Origin: Candidatus Kaiserbacteria bacterium
Lineage (GTDB): Bacteria; Patescibacteriota; Minisyncoccia; Phycocordibacterales; UBA2100
Length of the DNA: 64,000 nucleotides
NCBI GenBank assembly: GCA_016186765.1
Contig: JACPLD010000001.1
Span: 133,647 to 197,646 of the forward strand
Direction of reading: 5' to 3'
The notes below the pieces were generated by a model. It was given only the letters and a program-made list of their open reading frames with translations. It had not been told where the DNA came from and searched no databases. A program made the translations under genes and the position numbers. Of this stretch, positions 57,813-64,000 are shown in pieces. How positions within the stretch are numbered: position 1 is the stretch's first letter; each line of letters opens with the position of its first letter.

Positions 57813-57917
57813 AAAATCAGGCGGCCGCGGATTATCGGGCGCGGCGCACTATGTGCGTATTCCCCATACTTCTTACACGCCAGTTGACGAAACTGCCATG
57901 CGGGAATACGGTTTGCA

Positions 57918-58484
57918 ATGGCAACTCGCAGAACAAAGGAGACAGCCGTGCACACATGTACTTTGACATTCATCGCGACACTCGCGTTCGCGCTTTTGCC
58001 CACTCTCGGGCAAGCCGAAGACGCGCCGCAGCCACCTCCGGCGGAACAAGCTCCGCCACCACCGGATCGCAATCCCTTACGACCGCCCCTGCCGGATCGT
58101 AATCCCGCGCGCGAAAAGGCGGTCGCGCCGGCGGACGACACCATGCTCCTGTGCCACACGATAGAGGGCATGGGGGCGTTCTTAGAAGCCTCGCTTGCGA
58201 AAGAAGCGCTGGAGTTCGATGAGCTTATCGCCATCGCCAATGAGAAGACGACGTTCCAGAATTGCGCGCTCGAGCGTGCGATCGTCCTCGTATTTCCCCA
58301 CGACATCGAGCCGTGGACGTCCGAGGGCGGTGCGTCGGTGCGGGAAGTGAGGATCATCGCCAGCTACATGAAATCAAGAAGCGAGTGGCTCGTTCACCTG
58401 CCACCCATCAAGGCTTACGCTCTCGTTTTCTTAGGAGAGAGCGGCCGCGAAGCAATGAAACAAAAGAGTCCACCATCGCGGTGA
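57918..58484 (+). CDS. hypothetical secreted protein (Pro-rich N-terminal region)
   Basis: 188 aa; hydrophobic signal-like segment (TLTFIATLAFALLPTLGQA); PPPAEQAPPPPDRNPLRPPLPDRNPA. Confidence 0.45.
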   Translation: MATRRTKETAVHTCTLTFIATLAFALLPTLGQAEDAPQPPPAEQAPPPPDRNPLRPPLPDRNPAREKAVAPADDTMLLCHTIEGMGAFLEASLAKEALEFDELIAIANEKTTFQNCALERAIVLVFPHDIEPWTSEGGASVREVRIIASYMKSRSEWLVHLPPIKAYALVFLGESGREAMKQKSPPSR

Positions 58485-58510
58485 TGGTCGGACTCTTTTT
58501 TTATTTTATT
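58466..58510 (+). terminator. Rho-independent terminator
   Basis: gagtccaccatc-gcgg-tgatggtcggactc (12-bp stem with one bulge) followed by tttttttatttt; overlaps the stop codon of the preceding gene. Confidence 0.65.
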
Positions 58511-58594
58511 GTGCGCACTCAACTGTCCATAGCACAAACCTTCACACTGGCTTCAGGAATCGCGTGGTGTACTATACACGACGCGCACACAAGT

Positions 58595-58786
58595 ATGGCG
58601 CAGGTACGAACATTGCGAGAGATCACGCACGAGGCACGGACCGCGCTCTCCGTGATACGCTTGACGGTCGAAACACTCTTGACGAGAGAACCTGCGGAGG
58701 AGGCACGTGCGGAGCTTGAGACGATCTTGAAGCAAGTAGATCGGCTCGCGGAGATCGCGGACGAGATTTCCCGCGCGAAGCGCTGA
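58595..58786 (+). CDS. stand-alone HisKA/DHp-like mini-protein (63 aa) immediately upstream of the hybrid kinase
   Basis: MAQVRTLREITHEARTALSVIRLTVETLLTREPAEEARAELETILKQVDRLAEIADEISRAKR has an H-box-like ITHEARTAL, comparable with LAHELRNPL of the downstream kinase. The stop codon lies 3 nt before the kinase ATG. Confidence 0.35.
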   Translation: MAQVRTLREITHEARTALSVIRLTVETLLTREPAEEARAELETILKQVDRLAEIADEISRAKR

Positions 58787-58789
58787 CGT

Positions 58790-60889
58790 ATGCCCCACAT
58801 CTCTGGTACACCCTACGTCGTCGTGCTACTCATCGTTTTTGGCACCTACCTCGGCACCGCGCTCCTAGGTCTTAGTGTCCAACCAGTGAATACGTTCGCG
58901 ACACTCATCTGGCCTCCTGCGGGCATCGCGATCGCGAGCCTCACGCTCGGCGGCTATCGGCTCTGGCCCGCAGTCTTTCTCGCAGCATTTCTCGCGAATT
59001 TCTACACAGGTGCGCCGGCTGCGGTTGCATGGGGCATCGGCGTCGGCAACACCTTCGAGGCACTTGCAGGCTCGTACATCCTCCGGAATCTCCAGCCGCG
59101 CGCGCTCGAATTCTCCTTTGGGAACTTGCGGGAGACGCTCGTCTTCGCCTTTGGCGCAGCGCTCGGCGCGTCCTTGATAAGCGCAACGATCGGGGTCGGG
59201 AGCCTTGCGCTCGGCGGCGTGCTCCCCGCCGCGGAGGTGGAGCGTACCTGGATCGCGTGGTGGGTGGGCAACGTGCTTGGGGTGCTCATCGTCGCACCCT
59301 TCCTCTTGCGCTGGCTCTCCGAGCCGTTCTACCGCATGAGCTTCCTTCGCTCGGCGGAGATCGTCGGGGTCGCTGCAGCCTCGGGGCTCGTCGCGTGGCT
59401 CGTGTTCTGGCACCAAGATGTCGCCGCGCCCTACCCCGTGCTCGTTCCGCTCGTGTGGGCGGCACTACGCACAGGCCCGCGCGGCACCACGCTTGCGATC
59501 CTCGTCGTTGCAGGAGTTGCGATCGCAGGGACGCTTGCCGGCAGCGGTCCGTTCTTCCAGCTCCCGCTCGAAAGAGCGCTTTTGCAGCTCCAGCTCTTTC
59601 TCGGAACGGTGACGACCATCTTCCTCGTCTTCACTGCAATCGTCGAAGATAGACGGCGCGCAGCGGATACCCTTGGAAAACAGGTGGACCATCTTGAGAA
59701 TCTCCTCGAGCGGCTCCGCGCAGAAGATCAGGCGAAAAACGAGTTCATCGCGACGCTCGCCCACGAGTTGCGGAATCCCTTATCCCCCATCGTGAGTACG
59801 ATAGAGCTTTTAAAGCGCGGCGAGAAGGTGGACATTGCGCGGCAGGCCAGCATCATGGAAAAACACGCGAAGAGCCTCTCAAGCCTCTTGAACGACCTCT
59901 TAGATGTCTCGCGCATATCGGCGCAGAAGCTCGAGATCGAGAAGAAGCCCGTGTACCTGGGCGCCTCGATCGCACAGGCGGTCGAATCCGTCGAGCCGCT
60001 CATGCAGGAGAAAAACCATATTCTCAATGTATCAATTAATCCCCGCCCAATCCTGCTCGAGGCCGATCCGGTGCGGCTCGAGCAGATCGTCACGAATCTC
60101 CTCAGCAACGCCGCAAAATACACGCCCGCCGGAGGAACGATCACGCTTTCCGCCACACGCGAAGGATCGCAGGCCGTGATCGTCATGCAAGATACCGGCA
60201 TCGGCATCGAAGCGCCGATGCTCACGCGAATATTTGAACCCTTCCTCCAGATCAAGAGAGCAAATTCCGCCGAAGCCGGCATCGGCGTCGGCCTCGCGGT
60301 CACCAAGAAGCTCATCGAGCTGCACGGCGGCACTATTGAGGCGAAGAGCGAGGGCACGGGCAAAGGGAGCGAATTCACCGTAAGATTGCCGCTGCCGCCG
60401 CACGGCGCGTTCGTGAAGGAAACGCGGAAGGAAGCGGCGCGTCGGCAGCGGCCTCTCTCGCCCTTGCGAATCCTCGTCGTGGACGACAATGTCGACGCGG
60501 CAAACGCACTCGGCAAGCTCCTTGGGATCCGTGGGCACGAGGTGACGCTTGCGCAAGACGGAACGAGCGCTCTCCGCATCGTGCCGCTCCTAAAGCCCGA
60601 TGTCGTCGTCCTCGACATCGGTCTTCCCGATTTCGACGGTTACGAAGTCGCGCGACGCTTGAAGAAAGCGAAGTTTGAGGGCCCACTGATTGCGCTCACC
60701 GGCTACGGGCAGGATCGTGACAAGAAAAAGACAAAGGAGGCAGGCTTCGCCCACCACCTTACCAAACCGGTCTCGCTCGCCGCGATCGAAGAGGCACTCT
60801 CCAAGGTCGTGAGTGGCGGACTGCTCTCACAGGAGGCTCCAAAGGTGGAAGCCGTCGCGAAGGTACCGGCGCAGTTCGTGAGAAGCTAA
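58790..60889 (+). CDS. hybrid sensor histidine kinase (MASE1-like membrane sensor, HisKA, HATPase_c, C-terminal REC)
   Basis: 699 aa; N-terminal multi-TM (LIWPPAGIAIASL...); H-box FIATLAHELRNPL; N/G-boxes (NLLSNAAKYT, DTGIGIE, GIGVGLAV); receiver ILVVDDNVDAA...VVVLDIGLPDFDGYEV...KPV. Confidence 0.9.
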   Translation: MPHISGTPYVVVLLIVFGTYLGTALLGLSVQPVNTFATLIWPPAGIAIASLTLGGYRLWPAVFLAAFLANFYTGAPAAVAWGIGVGNTFEALAGSYILRNLQPRALEFSFGNLRETLVFAFGAALGASLISATIGVGSLALGGVLPAAEVERTWIAWWVGNVLGVLIVAPFLLRWLSEPFYRMSFLRSAEIVGVAAASGLVAWLVFWHQDVAAPYPVLVPLVWAALRTGPRGTTLAILVVAGVAIAGTLAGSGPFFQLPLERALLQLQLFLGTVTTIFLVFTAIVEDRRRAADTLGKQVDHLENLLERLRAEDQAKNEFIATLAHELRNPLSPIVSTIELLKRGEKVDIARQASIMEKHAKSLSSLLNDLLDVSRISAQKLEIEKKPVYLGASIAQAVESVEPLMQEKNHILNVSINPRPILLEADPVRLEQIVTNLLSNAAKYTPAGGTITLSATREGSQAVIVMQDTGIGIEAPMLTRIFEPFLQIKRANSAEAGIGVGLAVTKKLIELHGGTIEAKSEGTGKGSEFTVRLPLPPHGAFVKETRKEAARRQRPLSPLRILVVDDNVDAANALGKLLGIRGHEVTLAQDGTSALRIVPLLKPDVVVLDIGLPDFDGYEVARRLKKAKFEGPLIALTGYGQDRDKKKTKEAGFAHHLTKPVSLAAIEEALSKVVSGGLLSQEAPKVEAVAKVPAQFVRS

Positions 60890-61143
60890 CGTAGGTGCTG
60901 AGAGACGAGTTTCGTCATCTCAAACATCGACACTTGGCTCTTTCCCCCGAAGATGACCTTCAGCTTCGCGTCCGCGTTGATATTTCGCCTGTTCTCTCGG
61001 TCTTGGAGCCCATGCTGCTTGATGTACTCCCACAGCTTCTTTACGACTTGCCCGCGAGGCAGCGGCCCCGAGCCCACGACCGCCTCTAATTCCGACGAAA
61101 GGTTCATCGGCTTCAGTAATGCAGGATTAGCTTTTCTAACCAT
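60886..61143 (-). CDS. SWIB/MDM2-domain protein
   Basis: 85 aa ...GQVVKKLWEYIKQHGLQDRENRRNINADAKLKVIFGGKSQVSMFEMTKLVSQHL matches the SWIB domain pattern. Confidence 0.65.
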   Translation of the reverse strand: MVRKANPALLKPMNLSSELEAVVGSGPLPRGQVVKKLWEYIKQHGLQDRENRRNINADAKLKVIFGGKSQVSMFEMTKLVSQHLR

Positions 61144-61199
61144 ATATGCGTTTTAGCTGGTAAACCTAATGGTTTCGAGCTCCTCGGCTCGGAAATGCA

Positions 61200-61229
61200 A
61201 AAGCGACCCTTTTGCATTTCCTCGCACTA
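61200..61229. promoter_or_regulatory. perfect 12-bp inverted repeat with 6-bp spacer (operator-like palindrome) upstream of the SWIB gene
   Basis: gaaatgcaaaag-cgaccc-ttttgcatttc. Confidence 0.45.
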
Positions 61230-61316
61230 CGTCGCTCGTAGACTTCAGTGTAGCGAATGTAGAGCAAGACGTGCAGAGGCCTGTGGATAGTCCCCGCCAA
61301 GTCCGGCTCATACACA

Positions 61317-61355
61317 AAAACAAAAACCGCCCGGAGATCCAGGCGGTTTTTGTGG
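61317..61355. terminator. bidirectional intrinsic terminator
   Basis: aaaaacaaaaa-ccgcccgg-agat-ccaggcgg-tttttgtgg: stem with one mismatch, T-runs on both strands; directly downstream of the 61362..61757 gene. Confidence 0.6.
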
Positions 61356-61361
61356 AGAGAC

Positions 61362-61757
61362 TCACATCATTCCTCCGCTGCCTTGCTTTCCGAGACCCGC
61401 ATAGAGCGCCCATGCGCCGATGACGAGATGAAGCACGGAGTCAGCTGGATTCTCGAGGTTGGCTCCCAAGAGACTCGTTGAAATAACGAGGCTCCAGAGC
61501 CCTACCAAGACAGCAACAACACCAACCACGATGACAAGCGGCTTCTGAAGTTCACTGCCGAGCCAAAATGCCGCTCCGAGGGCGACCACACCAAGGACAA
61601 GGTGGGCGATGTTCTCAACATTGTCGAAATACCAGAACGACCCAAAGAGACTGTTTTCTGGCGTGGGGCCGATAATGCCCACATAGCCTAAGATAGCGAC
61701 GAGAACAAGAATCCCTCCTCCGACCTGTAAAAAGCCTTTAGGAGTAAAAAGCTGCAT
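61362..61757 (-). CDS. hypothetical small polytopic membrane protein
   Basis: ORF track 61362..61811; start taken at MQLFTPKG; four hydrophobic helices. Confidence 0.5.
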   Translation of the reverse strand: MQLFTPKGFLQVGGGILVLVAILGYVGIIGPTPENSLFGSFWYFDNVENIAHLVLGVVALGAAFWLGSELQKPLVIVVGVVAVLVGLWSLVISTSLLGANLENPADSVLHLVIGAWALYAGLGKQGSGGMM

Positions 61758-62018
61758 GAATAATACGTTAGGTGATAAATGCGCACGCGTGCCCCGACGC
61801 CGGCGACGCACCGTAATTAGACCCCCCTTTCATGAGCTAGGCAACAGAGTTATCCACGCCGCCGAAGGGATACTAGTTTCTTATAATCCAACTCTCCCAT
61901 AGCGAGGAGGTATTGCGTCGTGAGGGTCTTCGCACAGGCGCGTAGGCGCCGAGCGGGAGCGTCCCGCGAGCTCGCGGGAACGCGACCTTCAGCGACGCGA
62001 TACCTCTGAGCGCTCCAT

Positions 62019-63164
62019 CTACCTCCATTCGCGCGCGATCTCCCACTTTATCTTCGAGAGCGCTCCGAGCGTCAGAAGCATGAGAATGAGCTGCGCGAGC
62101 CAACCGACGATCGGGACAATACCGAGGATAGCGTAGATCAGAGCGCCGAGCAGTATCGTTTTCCAGCCAACGTCGAACTCACCCCCGAAGAAACTGCGAT
62201 ATGCAAAACTCCCGAGAAGAACCGGCGTCATGATCCAGAGGTAGACGATAACCGTCGCAAACGCGAAGATGCCGAGGAGACCAAGCGGAATCCCCAGAAG
62301 CGACCACAAGAGCATCATCGAAACGACAGGCAGCACGATAGCTACCACAAGCCCGCGTCCGACTTCGAGCAAGGGCTGCGCAGCTGCCGTCTCGACGAGC
62401 CGCACGGCGTAGCGTCTGAACACGAGACCGAGTAGCAGCGCCGCGGCAAGCTGCGCGAGCGTCGTTCCGATGAGCGCAAGTGAAATAATGGCGACGATCC
62501 CGCCGACCGAAACAGCCCGCTCTCGTTTTTTGAATGTCGTCTCGCCGAGAACTGTAGCACCAGCCTCCATCTCTGCTTCCTTCGCCGCTGTGTACGAGAG
62601 ATTTCCTTGAATCCGCGCGCCCTGCCCGAGCGTCAGCTTCTCGGCGAACACCTCGACATCGCCCTCTATTGCGGCATTGAGATAGACGTCGCCGCCACCG
62701 ATTCGCACATCGCCGCCGACAGGAGCGTCGAGCCGCACTGTCCCGCCCGCCGCAAGCACATCTCCTGCTACACTTCCGCCGATATTGAGCTGTCCGCCGA
62801 GGGTCACGACGTCACCACCCACATCACCCCGCAGCAAAATATTCCCTCCTGCGGCCCGCACGTCGTCACCAACATCCCCAAGAATGGTCACGGTGCCTCC
62901 CGCAGCTGCGACATCACCCCCAACGTTGCCGCTCACAACGATCGTGCCGCCCGCGGCAATGAGGTCGGAGCCGAGTGCTCCACTGCTCGAGACGTTCCCG
63001 CCCGCAATGTAGACATCTTCGACAATGCTCTCCTCTACCTTGATGGAGGGTTGCTCTCCCGTTCGAAGCTCGGCGGCCTGCCCGCTGCCGGGAATAAGCG
63101 AAAGAACGAGGAGGCTTGCGAGTAGTGCTGGAAGCGGGATGCCGAGTTTCCAGCTCGTTTTCAT
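62019..63164 (-). CDS. membrane protein with beta-helical GDV/GG repeats (bactofilin/DUF4097-like) and a C-terminal multi-TM region
   Basis: 381 aa; signal peptide; tandem repeats (GGxVxxxGDVGGDV...); C-terminal ~5 TM helices. Confidence 0.55.
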   Translation of the reverse strand: MKTSWKLGIPLPALLASLLVLSLIPGSGQAAELRTGEQPSIKVEESIVEDVYIAGGNVSSSGALGSDLIAAGGTIVVSGNVGGDVAAAGGTVTILGDVGDDVRAAGGNILLRGDVGGDVVTLGGQLNIGGSVAGDVLAAGGTVRLDAPVGGDVRIGGGDVYLNAAIEGDVEVFAEKLTLGQGARIQGNLSYTAAKEAEMEAGATVLGETTFKKRERAVSVGGIVAIISLALIGTTLAQLAAALLLGLVFRRYAVRLVETAAAQPLLEVGRGLVVAIVLPVVSMMLLWSLLGIPLGLLGIFAFATVIVYLWIMTPVLLGSFAYRSFFGGEFDVGWKTILLGALIYAILGIVPIVGWLAQLILMLLTLGALSKIKWEIAREWR

Positions 63165-63170
63165 ACGGGC

Positions 63171-63590
63171 TTAGGGTAGCACGTTGACGTGAGTCGCGCA
63201 CGCGTTCGCAGCTCCCTGCCTGCTATATACGGTGAGCGTGTAGATCGTTGTTTCTCGAGGCGACACATTCGTGCCGCCCACGACGGCGACAGTGCCGACG
63301 GATGAGAGGTACGCAGAGGAAGTGTTCTCCGAGCCCCATGCAAGGTTCGAGCTCTCACCGCCTCGCAAGGTGGCCGGGTACGCGGAGATGATGCACGTAG
63401 GATCTGCGCTCGGAGGAGGAGATACCTCGCCGCAGTCGTAGCCGCAGTCGGACCAATATGCGAGCGCGCCTGATGCAACGAGCTGCCGATCCTCGGGGGC
63501 TGAAATGTCGAGCGAGAGGTACCCGAAGACAAGGCCAAGTAGCATGACGAGCAGGGCGACAAGAAACAGCGCAAGTGTGTAGCGCATCAT
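63171..63590 (-). CDS. hypothetical membrane-anchored secreted protein (small beta-rich domain)
   Basis: 139 aa; N-terminal TM (LALFLVALLVMLLGLVFGYL) then a Cys-containing beta-rich region. Confidence 0.45.
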   Translation of the reverse strand: MMRYTLALFLVALLVMLLGLVFGYLSLDISAPEDRQLVASGALAYWSDCGYDCGEVSPPPSADPTCIISAYPATLRGGESSNLAWGSENTSSAYLSSVGTVAVVGGTNVSPRETTIYTLTVYSRQGAANACATHVNVLP

Positions 63591-63685
63591 ATCCCCATAG
63601 TACGACGGTCGTGCGTATAGGGCAGCCGCCCGCTGTGGATGAGCACAGATGACCCTGGCGCACCGGTAGCGGCTTCCTATACCCC

Positions 63686-63823
63686 ATGAGATGGCGGCTT
63701 TCGCCTATCTCACGGGGCTCCGTGCTCTGGGACAACAAATCCTGGAAGTACTGGTTCATTACGAGCGGCTACTACCTTGTTGCGCTTCTCCTTATGGGCG
63801 TCGTCCTCGCTCTCTGGACCTAA
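63686..63823 (+). CDS. candidate 45-aa small membrane protein (below ORF-track cutoff)
   Basis: Manual translation MRWRLSPISRGSVLWDNKSWKYWFITSGYYLVALLLMGVVLALWT-stop; single C-terminal TM helix. Confidence 0.25.
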   Translation: MRWRLSPISRGSVLWDNKSWKYWFITSGYYLVALLLMGVVLALWT

Positions 63824-64000
63824 GAAGCGGTAATTGCCCCCTTTTTCCCTTAACACTGCTGTCTGACAGCTACAAAACCACGGCAATCGAGCGTTCAATA
63901 TTTACATTGGGCACGTTTCTGCCGCAGAGCCGATTTTTGACGCCCCCGCTTCCCCTTCCTCCATCATGAGCCCCAGCTCCTGTCCAATCTTTTTAATAAT

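Overview
This is a gene-dense, moderately GC-rich bacterial chromosomal segment dominated by housekeeping genes, most of them on the minus strand. It carries a complete F1Fo ATP synthase operon (atpB-E-F-H-A-G-D-C) that has rdgB and a NUDIX hydrolase translationally coupled between atpG and atpD, plus an opposite-strand ORF between atpB and atpE. Also present are a methyl-cycle pair (ahcY, PfkB kinase), a short dcw cluster (mraZ-rsmH-ftsL-ftsI-murF), guaA, prs, mreBCD-mrdA-greA, proS, rseP, frr, holB, a second mreB paralog, def-fmt, hpf, a P-type ATPase, a MASE1 hybrid histidine kinase and many secreted or membrane hypothetical proteins. RNA genes are tRNA-Ala(GGC), tRNA-Arg(CCG), a minus-strand tRNA array (Val-Pro-Pro-Ala) and tRNA-Asn(GTT). 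No rRNA, CRISPR array or recognisable transposase or integrase is present. The most unusual signals are: (1) a family of short GC-rich repeat elements inserted in-frame inside guaA, def and a sugar dehydrogenase gene, RPE-like; (2) an intact tRNA-Ala(CGC) flanked by a perfect 14-bp inverted repeat and nested between the two halves of a second tRNA, interrupted just after its anticodon; (3) a degenerate duplicate of the guaA 3' terminus about 1 kb downstream of guaA, flanking one hypothetical gene, which looks like an integration scar; (4) CTAG-rich direct-repeat modules lying directly on the start codons of several genes. All calls rest on reading the sequence and the ORF track by eye. No database searches were run.
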